A stretch of DNA of 64,000 nucleotides from an uncultured Phycisphaerales bacterium (GCA_963755915.1 CAVWLP010000002.1:4672001-4736000), one strand, 5' to 3'; numbered from the stretch's first letter, positions 48,057-59,656 are shown. Program-made: numbers and translations. Notes: generated by a model from the sequence alone, not told the origin.

Positions 48057-50167
48057 TCAGCCGGTGACCGCCGGACCCTGCTCGCCGCGTGACAGCGGCT
48101 TGCCGACCTCGGCGTCTTTTTCGAATTTCATCCCCTGCCCGTAGCGGATAATCCGCCGAAGCGCCGGCTCTACCGCGGCAGAAATCTTGTAATCCGGCGC
48201 GGTGTAGCAGCGAACGCTGCGGATCGCGTTGGCGATCGAATGCACCAGGTTGTCCTGGTCCGGATCTTCGCGATACCAGACGAACACTTCCGGCATCGTC
48301 TCGATCCGCAGGCCCGCCAGCCCCGCCTTGGAGAAGATTTCCCAGTCGTCCAGCGTGCCGGCCGCTTCGTCGTCGAATCCGCCGATCTGCTCGAAAGCTT
48401 CCTTGCGGATCAGGCAACTGCTCGACCCAAAGCTGTTGATGAACGCCCCGGTCACGACATCGCCGCCGAGGAACGGCCGGCGGGAGTGCTCCATGCGCTG
48501 ATCGACCGACCCTTCGGTGGGGCCGATGTAGAAGCTTAGGGCGGAGGTCAGAACGTCCGCCTGCACGCGCTGCGCCACTTCGCGAATACCGAAATCGCGT
48601 TGGATGGAATCAGCAGCGTATGGTCGTCGACGAAAAAGAGATATTCGCCCTTGGCATGTTTGGCGGCCACGTTTCGCCCAACGCCCACGCGCCAGTCCTT
48701 GGAGTGAACATGCCGCAGAGTATGCGAGCCAAGCTTTTCCGGCCCCTCGTGCGGCCTGGCCGCACCGCCGCATTCGGCGACCACGATTTCCAGATTCGGA
48801 TAATCCTGCTGCTTAAGCGAAGCGAACGTCGCGCTGGCCGTCCCCGCGCGGGGATCACGTGCGAAGCAGATGCTGACGAGCGGGAACGGATCCTTGCGCG
48901 CCGATTTCCCCTTGCCGATGCTCGGCTGCATGGCGCTGGCGCTGCCGACGGTCCCGTGCCACTTAATCCATTTGCGTTCCACATCGCTGAACGACAGCGC
49001 CGGCCGCGCCGGCGCCAAACCATGGTCCAGCGCCGCCTGAATCCGATCCACCAGTGCAAACGGCTGCGGCTGGAAACAAACCTTTTCCCGATCCTCGGGT
49101 GCGATAATTTCCGGAATCCCGCCGACGTTCGCCGCCAGAAGCGGCACGCCGGCGCCAAGACATTCCAGAACCGTATTCGGATAATTGTCAGCCAGCGAGG
49201 CCACCACCGCCATCCGGCCCGGGCCGCGCAGATATTCAATCGCCGCCGCCTGGTGCTTGTTCGTCAGCAGTTTCCACGGCATCGACCATTTCTTCGCCCG
49301 CTCGCTGATGTAGCTGATGCTCGAGCGGCTGTAGAGAAACGTCTCCTTGCCCAAAAAACTGGCTTCGAACGATTGCCCCACGCCCCGCGCACTCAGTTCA
49401 TCAAGCGCATCGCAGAATACTTCCAGGCCCTTCCGCAACTCCAGCCGCCCGAAGAAAACCGCCTCGCGAATCTGATGCTTCGACGGCGTATGCCCCGGCT
49501 GTGCCGTGGCAACCTTCGGTAAAACGTAGGGCGTCACATAGGTCCGCTCCGGGAGCTCCCAGTTGTTCAGCTTCATCCAGTTCAGGAGATACTGGCTGGG
49601 GCTAACGACAACATCGGCCGCGGCAACGCTCATCCGCTCCATGTAATCAATTTCCAGCTCGCCGAGGGCGCGCAGGTTGTCGAGCCCCCCTTCTTTAACC
49701 CACATCGTCGGCCCATGCGTCCCCACGACGAAGATCGAATTGCGGAACGCCAACCCCTGCCGGCGGGCCAACAGGCTATAAAAGCCCAGTCCCTGGCATT
49801 CCGGGAAGTGGATGATGTCGAAATCTTCCTGGTGCGCCTTCATCCAGACGTAGGTGTGATAAGACACGCTCGACGCCCAGGCGGCGTGAATTCGCGGGTC
49901 GTGCGCCATCGGCAGGGGAATCAGTTGGATCCCCTTCTCATTCTTGTAGTAATTCACCCAGTCGGTGATGTTTCCATCGGTCGGATGACAACCCAGCAGG
50001 AACAGCACGGTCACGTCATGGCCGGCGTGCTTCAGGGCGTCAACGAGGCTGGTGTAGGCTGACCCGACCCCCGCATTTCGCGACGGGCCTTCGATTTCCC
50101 ACGTCGCCACACATATTCGACGCGGACCATCCCCGCCTAATCCAGTCTCCGGAAGTGAAGGAAACAT
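48057..50167 (-). CDS. Bifunctional GT4 plus GT2 glycosyltransferase; frameshift near 48585
   Basis: FFGRLELRKG, DNYPNTVLE, VGGIPE (GT4); RNVAA..AKGEYLFFVDD, IGGFD, DDWE (GT2). Confidence 0.88.
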
Positions 50168-50341
50168 TTTGTTCTTTCTCCCTTGAAAAAGAGGTTAACC
50201 AACGTCATTTCCATGTCGCTGGCGGTTCAAGCAATGGATAGCGGATCGTTCGCATTTGTTCAAGAAAAAATGATTTTCGCGACGTAATTGCCGCGTTCTC
50301 AAGGGCTTTTGCGATTTTGAGCCCCCCCGGACCCTAACTCG

Positions 50342-51130
50342 CTATTCCATCTTTACCAGCAATCCCAATGACCGTGCTGATTGAAACATCCAGCGAAAGA
50401 AAAACACGGCCAGCACGAAATACGCGACATTCAGCCCCAAACCCCACCGAAAATGTTCAAAAGAAATTCCCCTCCCCGCCAGCACCTGCCGCATCCCCTC
50501 AAAACAGTGCGCCGTCGGCAGTACCCAAGCCACCGGCCTCAAAAACGGCGGTAGCGCGCTCAGCGGGTAAAAAACGCATGAAAGCGGCATCAATAGCCCC
50601 GCCACCCCCCACGCCAGAACCTGAAACCGCGTCGTATACCTAAAAATCAGCCCCGTCACCGCCACCCCCACCGCCAAACCAAACAGCACCAAATTGAACA
50701 GGAACGGCAAAAACGCAATCAGCAGCGGGAATATATTAAATCGATAGCAAAGCAGTGCGATGACCGCTTCGAAAATCATCCCAATCGCCGCCTTCACAAG
50801 ATTTATCGCGATCAACCCCGTGATGTATTCCGAAACGCTCAGCGGCGACCCAAAAAGGTTCAGCAGGTTTCGCGACCACAGTTCCTCCAGAAACCCAACC
50901 GCCATGTCGCGCTGAAAGGCATTGAACAGCCCCCACAGAATGACCGCCGCCAGCAGCGCCCCCACGATACCCGCCTGCTGCGTGCCGCGATGGGAAAGAT
51001 AAAGCGTGAAAAAGCCCCAGACCACAATGTTCATGACCGGCCAATAGATCATGTTCGTAAGCTGGTTGGGGTTCCGCCGTACTTCGTAAAGATGGCGGAG
51101 GATGACAGCATTAATTCGATGAATCTTCAT
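50342..51130 (-). CDS. ABC-2 type exporter permease
   Basis: About six TMs; EE.WSRNL.NLF.SPL, VFYP...LP. Confidence 0.88.
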   Translation of the reverse strand: MKIHRINAVILRHLYEVRRNPNQLTNMIYWPVMNIVVWGFFTLYLSHRGTQQAGIVGALLAAVILWGLFNAFQRDMAVGFLEELWSRNLLNLFGSPLSVSEYITGLIAINLVKAAIGMIFEAVIALLCYRFNIFPLLIAFLPFLFNLVLFGLAVGVAVTGLIFRYTTRFQVLAWGVAGLLMPLSCVFYPLSALPPFLRPVAWVLPTAHCFEGMRQVLAGRGISFEHFRWGLGLNVAYFVLAVFFFRWMFQSARSLGLLVKME

Positions 51131-51881
51131 CGTATCGAACTTCCTCAATGCGCCGCTTGGCCATGTGAACGAAGACTTCTTCCAGCGCCGGTTTCTCGCG
51201 CTTCTCATCCAGGATTTTCCGGGTCACCTCGATGGCGGTTCCGCTGGCGATGATCCGCCCATGGCTCAGAAAAATGAGCCGGGTGCAGGTGCTTTCCACC
51301 TCGCGCATGTTGTGGGAAGTGTAAATAATGGTCGTCCCGCGCTGCCGCTGAAGCTCCAGCAAAACTTCGCGCACCTGCATCGCGGCCTGGGGATCGAGAT
51401 AAGCCGTCGGCTCATCCAGCAGCAGAAGCTCGGGATCGTTCAAAAACCCCTTGCAAAGCCCCACCCGCGTCGTTTCCCCGGACGAAAGGCGCGAGACCGG
51501 CTTCTTTTTCAGATGGGCAATGCCGAAACGCTCCAGCAGTGCGTTGATCTTGGCCGCGGAGTCCGGAACATTATAGAGCCGCGCATAGATGTTCAGGTTT
51601 TGCAAAACGGTAAGCCGCGCCGGGAATGCCATGTATGGCGACGTGAAATTGGATCGGCCAAGGATCTCCTCCCGATTCTCATCCAGCGATTTCCCAAACA
51701 GGCGTATCTCCCCCGCCGTCGGAGCGATCAACCCCAGCAGCATGTGAATCGTCGTCGTCTTTCCCGCCCCGTTTGGCCCCAGCAGGCCGATGATTTCCCC
51801 CCGATCCACCGAGAAACTGAGATTGTCCACGGCCGTGAATTTGCCGAAGGTTTTGGTCAGCCCGGCGACGGAGACGATCAT
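51111..51881 (-). CDS. ABC transporter ATP-binding protein
   Basis: GPNGAGKTT, LSSGE, LLLDEPT, SH. Confidence 0.93.
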   Translation of the reverse strand: MIVSVAGLTKTFGKFTAVDNLSFSVDRGEIIGLLGPNGAGKTTTIHMLLGLIAPTAGEIRLFGKSLDENREEILGRSNFTSPYMAFPARLTVLQNLNIYARLYNVPDSAAKINALLERFGIAHLKKKPVSRLSSGETTRVGLCKGFLNDPELLLLDEPTAYLDPQAAMQVREVLLELQRQRGTTIIYTSHNMREVESTCTRLIFLSHGRIIASGTAIEVTRKILDEKREKPALEEVFVHMAKRRIEEVRYDEDSSN

Positions 51882-51925
51882 GCGGCCAAAGGGTACGATC
51901 AAGCCCCGGGAGAATCCAATCAGCG

Positions 51926-53446
51926 ATGAATGACGCCGGACAGCTCGATCAGTTAATGGCCCGGATGACCGGATTTCGAAACGCCGGTCGCCTCAGCGAG
52001 GCCATCGCCGTCTACCAGGAAATCGCCCGAATAGCGCCGAATGCGGCCGCGGCATACGCCAACCTCTCCACCCTGCTTATGGAATCAGGAGATGCCGACG
52101 CCGCAGCCCGGGCCGCCCAACAGGCAATCGCCGCCAACCCCGCATTTCACGGCGCCCACGTCGCATTGGCCGCCGCTCTCGAGGAAAGCGGCGAAATCGC
52201 GCAGGCAATCGTCGAATTCGATCGCGCAATCGAGCTGGCTCCCAATCAACCAAAGATTCGCAGCAGCAAGATCTACGCCATGGAATTCCTCCCCGGAATA
52301 TCGCCTGCCGATCTCTTGAGCGAGCAGCGCCACTGGGACCGCATCTACGCCAGCAAAACGCCCCTGGTGGCAAAACGATCCATCCAAAACCGCAAAATCA
52401 GGCTCGGTTACCTTTCCGCCTTCTTCTACCATCACGCCGAAGCGTTTTTCGTGTTGCCGCTGCTCCGCCACCATGATCGGACCAAATTCGAAGTTCATTG
52501 CTATTCAGACGTCGCCGGCGCCGATGACATTACCGCCCAACATCGCGCGGCGGTCGATTTCTGGCATGAATGCCGAAGCCTCTCTAACGACCAGTTATCG
52601 CAAAAAATCCGCGGCGACGAGATCGATATTCTCGTCGATCTGATGATGCACATGGGCCGCAACCGCGCGCCAGTCCTCGCGCAAAAGCCCGCGCCCATTC
52701 AAATCGACTGGCTGGCCTATCCCGGCGGCACCGGAATCGAATCAATTGATTATCGAATCACCGACCCCATCATCGACCCCTCCGCTGGGGACGATTCCTA
52801 CACCGAGAAAAGCCTGAGACTGCCCGACTGCTGGTGCTGCTATGACCCCCTCTCACGGATCTCCCCCGCCGCCCCGCGCCCAAATCGTCCAATCGTCTTT
52901 GGATCGCTCAACAATCCGCGAAAGCTCAATGAGCCCACAATCTCCTTATGGGCCCGGGCGATGCACACAACGCCCGATTCTAAAATGATCATCCTCTCCA
53001 TCAGCGCCCGCCAACGCGCATCGATCCTTGCAGCCTTTGAGTTATCTGGCATCGCTCCCAATCGCATCGAATTCGTCGGCCGAACCCGCCGCACCGATTA
53101 CCTGCGCCAATACGACCGAATCGATATCGCGCTCGATTCCCTCCCCTACAACGGCATCACCACCACCTGCGACGCTTTATGGATGGGCGCGCCCGTAGTC
53201 ACCCTTGCAGGACAAACCGCCGCCGGAAGAGTCGGCACCAGCCTGCTGACAGCCGCAGGATTTCCCGAGCTGGCTACGACCAGTGCCGATAAGTTTGTGG
53301 AAGTCGCAGAGCGCCTTGCCTCCGACCCACAAAAACTCGAACACTTGCGACTGACCCTGCGCCACGGTTGCGAACATTCAACCCTGATGAACCACCCCGC
53401 ATTTGCAAAGAACTTCGAGTCCGCACTAATCGAGACCTGCGCCTGA
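51926..53446 (+). CDS. Second TPR plus O-GlcNAc-transferase/SPINDLY-like protein (GT41)
   Basis: TPRs; DILVDL, KPAPIQ..WLAYPG.TG, FGSLNN..K, DIALDS.PYNG.TTTCDALWMG. Confidence 0.9.
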   Translation: MNDAGQLDQLMARMTGFRNAGRLSEAIAVYQEIARIAPNAAAAYANLSTLLMESGDADAAARAAQQAIAANPAFHGAHVALAAALEESGEIAQAIVEFDRAIELAPNQPKIRSSKIYAMEFLPGISPADLLSEQRHWDRIYASKTPLVAKRSIQNRKIRLGYLSAFFYHHAEAFFVLPLLRHHDRTKFEVHCYSDVAGADDITAQHRAAVDFWHECRSLSNDQLSQKIRGDEIDILVDLMMHMGRNRAPVLAQKPAPIQIDWLAYPGGTGIESIDYRITDPIIDPSAGDDSYTEKSLRLPDCWCCYDPLSRISPAAPRPNRPIVFGSLNNPRKLNEPTISLWARAMHTTPDSKMIILSISARQRASILAAFELSGIAPNRIEFVGRTRRTDYLRQYDRIDIALDSLPYNGITTTCDALWMGAPVVTLAGQTAAGRVGTSLLTAAGFPELATTSADKFVEVAERLASDPQKLEHLRLTLRHGCEHSTLMNHPAFAKNFESALIETCA

Positions 53447-53565
53447 AGGTCCGAAGCCTGGACAACTTCCCGCAACGCGCCTTTACCCGTCCCATTTCTT
53501 GATTCCGCTGGCAGATCCACGGATTCACGCCCACTCCCGTGCGGCCACCGCGATATAATGCCGGC

Positions 53566-54013
53566 GTGATTCGCCGTTTGGCGTTCAACGCGCTTGCAGC
53601 ACTGTCGATGGCGCTCTGCCTGGCGACGGCGATCCTTTGGTGGCGAAGCTGCCAGCACAATCCTACGTTTTTCTTCGACGACCACCTAACCATCAGCCCA
53701 AATTTGGAATTGGATTCTTCGAATGGCTGGCTGTCACTAGAGCGGCCCGGCAAATCGTTAGCCGCCACGCTACCAGCCGTTAGGGGCGTTGGCGTTTGGT
53801 CGTTCACTTACATCGCGTACCCGCCTTATATTCGCATTCCCCACGCCGCATTCGTCGCAGGTTTTGCGTTGCTTCCCGTAATCTGGATCGTGGCATTTAC
53901 GCGCCGGCCGCAAACGCCACCAAATAACTGCGCAACCTGCGGCTACGATCTGCGCAACCCCAGACAGGTGCCCAGAATGCGGCACGATCCCGCCAAGTAG
54001 GGAATCAATTTAA
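53566..54013 (+). CDS. Membrane protein with C-terminal Zn-ribbon CxxCGYDLRATPDRCPECG; frameshift near 53955
   Basis: CATCGYDLR in the ORF frame; ATPDRCPECGTIPPSRESI* in the shifted frame. Confidence 0.75.
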
Positions 54014-54064
54014 TGAGCACCGGTTTCGCCGGGTGCGCCCGCTGGGTTACGATACTCATCGATT

Positions 54065-54568
54065 ATGCACGGCATCCCCGCAAAATCCGCCCCCCACCGC
54101 GCCGTCTTCGTCAGCACCCATCCCTTCGAAGCCGAGCGCATCGCCGCCGCCGCTGTCTATTGCAGCGACGGCCGCTTCGGCGAGCAGATGGACGAATTCC
54201 TCCACGCGGGCCTCCACCTTCCCCGCTAAGACCGCATGGCCATCCCCGGCGGCGCCGCCTGCCTCGCCGGGCATGTGAAGGGCTTCCACGAAAAAAATTC
54301 CCTCGAGCGCCAACTTTCCTTCCTCATCCGCGAGCATGGCCTAAAAAAAATCGTCCTTATCGCCCACGAAGGGTGCGCCTATTACAAGGACGTCTGGACC
54401 GGCATGCAGTCCGTTATCGAACAGCAGTCCGAAGACCTCCGCCGCGCCGCCGAACAGATTCGATTCTGGAGCACCGGCGTCGTCGAAATCTCCTGCTACT
54501 TCGCACGGAAAATCGACGGCAAGGTGACTTTCGAAAAATGGGCAGCCGGCAGCGGCGAGCGGATTTAA
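54065..54568 (+). CDS. Beta-carbonic-anhydrase-like protein with in-frame TAA at 54227 (error or pseudogene)
   Basis: YCSDGRF ... PR*DRMAIPGG ... IAHEGCAYY; the Cys-x-Asp-x-Arg and His-x-x-Cys Zn motifs share one frame. Confidence 0.7.
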
Positions 54569-54614
54569 AACAGGGCGCGAACAGTTCGGCCAAATAGCCG
54601 TCAATTACCCCAGG

Positions 54615-54998
54615 TCATATCGCTGAATCCGGGTCGATGAATGCGCGAATCCGTTCCATGATATCGATGAGAAAATCATCGTCTCCCAGCTTAGCCACAA
54701 AGGACATGCTTCGATCGCGATAGCCCAGGGATTTAACCTGGTGTGGATAGAGCCATCCCTCGCGCTCCAGATTTCGAATCGCAGGAAGCTTCACCATCAG
54801 TTGTTGCCCGGCCAACTTTTGATCGGCGTGGAACTTTGTCGTGCCCGGAACAACAATCGCAAACCCGGTCGCCCTCGAGAAGCGTATCGTAGTCACAACC
54901 AGCGCGAAATGTGGGCCGGTGAGTTCGGGACCCGCGGAAGGGGAAAGATTCAAGTGGACAATGTCCCCGCGGTCGGGATGGTAGGTCTGCTTGCTCAG
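54615..54998 (-). CDS. mazF: MazF/PemK family toxin (probable CTG start)
   Basis: (L/M)SKQTYHPDRGDIVHLNLSPSAGPELTGPHFALVV...VVPGTT..HQVKSL.YRDR. Confidence 0.85.
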   Translation of the reverse strand: MSKQTYHPDRGDIVHLNLSPSAGPELTGPHFALVVTTIRFSRATGFAIVVPGTTKFHADQKLAGQQLMVKLPAIRNLEREGWLYPHQVKSLGYRDRSMSFVAKLGDDDFLIDIMERIRAFIDPDSAI

Positions 54999-55258
54999 AC
55001 TATTTCCTTGCCTCTGCGATCGGGAATTAGATCAGGACCGCACATGGATGGCGTGACGCCCTTCAATAGCTCCTTTTCGGTCCACTTTTTGCGCGGTTTG
55101 GCGCGGCGGATGGTAATGGTGTCTCCCTTGACACGCACGTTGACCGATTCGCCTTCCTTAAGTCCTAACCGGTCGACGCCTTCCTGTGGAATCCGAAGTC
55201 CCAGACTGTTACCCCACCGCGCCACTTTGCTGACCTTCTCAACAACTGCAGATACCAT
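54995..55258 (-). CDS. mazE: AbrB/MazE family antitoxin
   Basis: KVARWGNSLGLRIP; GGAGG RBS. Confidence 0.9.
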   Translation of the reverse strand: MVSAVVEKVSKVARWGNSLGLRIPQEGVDRLGLKEGESVNVRVKGDTITIRRAKPRKKWTEKELLKGVTPSMCGPDLIPDRRGKEIV

Positions 55259-55320
55259 GGTAAGCCTCCATCGGGATATACATAGGATACACATCTATCG
55301 TCCAGAATTCCACGCTTCTT

Positions 55321-55361
55321 TCCCCCTCGCCCGGTACTCCGGGAGAGGGTTGGGGTGAGGG
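55321..55361. repeat. REP-like palindromic intergenic repeat
   Basis: ccctc-g-cccgg-tact-ccggg-a-gaggg followed by ttggggtgaggg. Confidence 0.7.
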
Positions 55362-55400
55362 CAGTGAAAGAATTTCGGGCCAAATGCGATCGCCTTGGCA

Positions 55401-58400
55401 TTATCCCCCACCCGGACTGAATATCCCCAAAAGCAGATTCCGCGCCTCCCGGCTGATCGCCCCAAGTGCCACCGGCTTTGTCACCGGCTGATCCAGATAC
55501 CCGCCGATGTGCACCGAAACCACATCGTGCTGAAGCGCGCTCAGCAGTTTGTCCACGTCCTGCACCCCAAAGATATTGATGGAGCTGAACGGCCGCAGCG
55601 ACCCCGCCGCGACCAAATCCACCGGGCTATGCGGAAGATTCGGAAGATTGGAAATAACCCCCGAGAGCCGCACCTGCCGCCCGCGATCAAAATAAAGCAT
55701 CGGGCTGATGTACGCCGTCTGGTTCTGGATCGTGAAATCCAGCGTCCCTTCGCCGACGGGTTGGTTCGCATTGTGGGAAAAGTGCATCAGGTCGTACAAA
55801 ACAGAGAACGGCCCCGTCCCCGCCAGGTCGGAGCGCGTCAATGTCAGGTGCCCCTGGCCAAACGCGTTACGGGGATTGCCCGGCTCCCCAATCGCCGTGA
55901 TTTCCCCACTCAGAAATCCAGGCGTCTTGCCGACCTTACTGCCCGCCGGCATTAGCGTATTCATATCCAGATCCTTCAGATATAGGTTGATCAGCGTCTG
56001 ATAGATCCCCTCATCATGGCGGGTGATTCGCGCCCACACATCCAGCGTCCCCGCCGCAACAGAAAGACGCGTCGGGGATTGCGCAGAATCGTCCAAAACC
56101 AGTTGATCCGGCCCGATATGCGCCGAGAGCTGTCCGTCGCCAATCGCCAGGTCCTTATATCGAATGCCGACGTTATGCGCGATCACCTTCACCGCCAGCG
56201 GCGCCAGCGCGCGGCGTCGTGTCCGGGCCGACACGAAGCGAGCCGCTCGATTTCCCGTGCAGCGACTCCGAACCCGCAAACATCTGGCTCACATTCGCGA
56301 TGTCAAGATTTTTCCAATCGAGGCTCGCAACAGTCTGAAACGGATGATCCAGATCAAACTCCGCACTCCCCTCAGCCGTTCCCTCCCCACGCGTGATCTG
56401 GATCGGATCCGCCCGCACCGACCGGCCTGTAATATCCAGGTGCGTCGTCACCACGCTAAGCGGTTTGTCGTTCCAGGTGTTCTCCGATTTCACCTCCGCG
56501 CTTCCGTAAACTGACTTCCCGGGGATGTCCACGTTCACGTTTCCGCTCGAGCTCACCTGCGCTGCAACCGGCCAGTCCGGCAGTTGAACCGGCCACGAAT
56601 TGGTGTTGAACGCCACGGCAATTTGCCCAGGCGCATCCAGCGTCGTGGAGATCCCCAGCGTCGCCTTCCCGCTGACCGCGTGCGTATTGCGAATAAGCGT
56701 GACCGGATCAAGGTCGAGATACCCGTATTCCAACCGGATGTCGGGGATCTGGATCTGATCGATATCCAGCATTTCCGTGGACGGCGAATCAGGATCATTA
56801 AACGCAACCCCCGTGATCGTCGTCGAGCCCCTCACGTCGATTCCATCCCGCGTAAGATCGCGCACGTTGATCGACCATTTCCCGTCCAGCATTCCCGCCA
56901 GGCGACGGTCGTCCGCGATCATGGCGATCGGAAGCTTGTTGACCGTCACACTGTCCAGCCGGAAAAGCGCATCATCCACCGGCCAGACGCCGCTCACCGT
57001 CCACATTCCGCCCAGCACTCGAATGTCGCGCGATTCAAGCGAAACCTGATTGTCGTGCACTCGCCCGGCCAAGGTGATCCGCAGATTTCCCAGCTCGCGC
57101 CGGCCGACATGCAGATCAGACCCCACCGCCCACCCGGAAAGCACCAGGTCCGCCGGATCGAGTTTTCCCACGACCGAAATATCGCCCAGCAGCCCGCCGC
57201 GGAACATTTTCTGATCGGCCCCCGCGCCGTGAATCGCGGGACCTCGGTAAACCAGAGATTTTCCTCGACCGGTTTAGGCGCATTGAAGATCCAGTCGCCC
57301 GTCACGCACGCCGTGAACAACCCGCTGTGCGCATAAAACTGCCCGAGATGCACGCGCTCAGGCGAGCCCCATCCATCCAGATCGAAATTGAGGGTGCGCG
57401 TCGGATCGTGCGGCATCGGCCACGCTCGCGCATCGAGGTCAAGCCACGCGCACGCCGAACGAAAGTCGTATCCCCCATGGCCGGTGAACGGAAATGCATC
57501 GCCGACGTGAATGTGGGTAACCTCCAGCCCGCCCGGATAAGGCTGAAGATCGGCCGCGAATCCCGAAAGATCGATCGATTTTGTGACCCCGGGATCGAAC
57601 ACAAGCGAGGGAGCAGAAATGGAACCCGAGAGAGAATGAAAATTGTCCCCGCCTCCCGTCAGGATCAGGTGCGAATCCCACTTCCCGGCCGGGATTTTCC
57701 CACTACCGCTGAAATCGAGATCGATCCTCGGATTCACCAGATCGCACTGCCCGTTGATCGTACCGCGCCCCCCGGCGAAATCGACCAGGAGATTCTGCAC
57801 CTGCACCGCCGCCCCGCCGATCGAAACCGCCCCCGATTCCACGCGCGCAGCAACGCCGAAACATCCCCATTCCCCACCGAAACATCAACAGGCCGAACCA
57901 TAACCTGGCCGTTCTGCGTCGCGACGTCGATCCTCCCTTTAATCCCCTGACCGCCATAATTCGCACTGTTAACTTTCAGTCGCCCGGTAAGTTCGTCATT
58001 GTCGATGCGCCCCGCCACTGCGCATCCATTTGTGCCGACGCGGGAAAATCCGCATCCCACGGCTCCGCATATTGGCGAACATCATGAATGGCGATGGCAA
58101 TCTCATGCTCCCAATCCCCCCCCGGGGTGAGCCTCGTCGCGATGTCGAATTGCCCCGCCACCGCCAGGCTGCAGTTCCACAGCAGCGGCCCGTCCGAATT
58201 CGCACTGATATCCAGGTGCTGAATCGTCGCCGACCGATTCTTGTTGTCCGTCACCACCACGCTCACATCGCTGATATTCAGCGCCGGCATCGCCGTAAAT
58301 TCGCTGCTCGGTTTTGAGGATTGTGCCGCCTTCGCGAGGGTGCGAAAAATCGCCGAAAGGTTCCACGATCCCCCCGACGTCTGCACGATGTGCAGGGTCG

Positions 58401-58770
58401 GATTTTGCGCCGAAACCTCATCGATCGAAATCGATCCCCCCAGCAAAATCCAGGCGATATTGGTATGGCTGATCTCAAGGTTCGGAAACTCAACAAAGGC
58501 ATTCTCCGCCAGCGGCAAACTGAAGCTCACCCCGCGCAAACTCGAATTCCCCGCCCAGCTCGTCGAAAGCGAATCCGCCTTTACCCGCAGCCCAAGCGAT
58601 TTTTCCACCACATTCACTACGATATTCCGCGGCAGGTTCGTCGCGAAAATGATCTGCCCGGCAATCAGTATCAGCGCAACCGTAATCGCCGCGCCAAAGA
58701 GGATTCGCCAAAGCCAGCGTTTCCACGCCGGGCTGTGATTGAATCGCGAGGTTTTGACCGGAGCAGTCAT
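55401..58770 (-). CDS. Large AsmA/TamB-like beta-taco envelope protein; about 4 frameshifts
   Basis: N-terminal TM followed by a long Gly/beta-rich region across ORFs 57976-58770, 57703-57966, 56994-57842, 56173-57207 and 55401-56279; C-terminal V.IGGYLDQP. Confidence 0.7.
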
Positions 58771-58911
58771 CTAAGTTACCTACCCGAAACCTGAACCAAC
58801 GGCAGCGCCGAAACCCATTTCACCGTCACCGGACAACGAATCTATTGTAAACGAGTGAACCCCTCGATAGGCCCGCAACGATAGAAAACGCGGTCGCCCG
58901 GACATCGGAAT

Positions 58912-59607
58912 CTATTTCGTCGAGTAATCCGAGATCGGCCTTTGCGCAGGAGGAATGTTGCCGACCGTATTCGGCCCAAACCCCAAAACCCAGTAGTCTT
59001 CCCGCGCCGTCCGCCCGACAAACGGCCCCGAGCTCGCCGCGATTTCCCCCGTGTCGCGCCAATACGCCACGAACGCCACGCTCGCATAACCATACTGCTT
59101 CGTGCTCTTCAGGATCGCCAGTTCCGGCGTGGTGATGGGAACACTCGCGACCCCTTCAGTCGGAATGGTGACACTGGCCAATCCTATCAGCATCTCTAGG
59201 TGATTCACGCTGATCCCCCCGGTGCGGGCTTCCACCACAATTTCCGCGTCTTCTTTGCGATCCACCAGCCGCGCCCCGCTCAGCAGCAACTTCGCCCGCA
59301 ATTCCGCCAGCAAAAAAAGATACGGCTGAGGCGTCTGCGTAAACGCCAGTGGGGGCGCGCTTTCATGCACGACCGCCAGATACGTCGGATCGACAAACAC
59401 CTTGCGGTCCCGAAGCTGATCCGTCGAAATCTGATTGATCGCCAGCCGCGTCGCCTCCGATTCCAGAAACTGCTGATCCGCCGTCTCCGGCGGATCCGTC
59501 ACCCGAGTGCTCGAACACCCCGGCTGCGTCCACAGCAGCAAACCCAACCCACAGACGATCAGCCCCAAGCGCCCCAGCGAAATAATGCGGATGCAGTGCG
59601 TGCTCAC
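58912..59607 (-). CDS. Putative lipoprotein (DUF6655-like)
   Basis: Lipobox-like QPGC; T.PPETADQQFL.S.A; AEIVVEAR.G. Confidence 0.65.
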   Translation of the reverse strand: MSTHCIRIISLGRLGLIVCGLGLLLWTQPGCSSTRVTDPPETADQQFLESEATRLAINQISTDQLRDRKVFVDPTYLAVVHESAPPLAFTQTPQPYLFLLAELRAKLLLSGARLVDRKEDAEIVVEARTGGISVNHLEMLIGLASVTIPTEGVASVPITTPELAILKSTKQYGYASVAFVAYWRDTGEIAASSGPFVGRTAREDYWVLGFGPNTVGNIPPAQRPISDYSTK

Positions 59608-59656
59608 TGCTCAAAGCATATTCGACCGCCTCAGAAAACGGAATGGGGAGTGAATA

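Noticed and set aside
401-58770. About 19 frameshifts read as programmed frameshifting, phase variation or mass pseudogenisation
   Set aside because: They are 1-2 nt indels spread evenly over unrelated, otherwise intact genes, often at GCGC or short G/C runs. Long-read consensus error is the simplest explanation; read polishing would decide.
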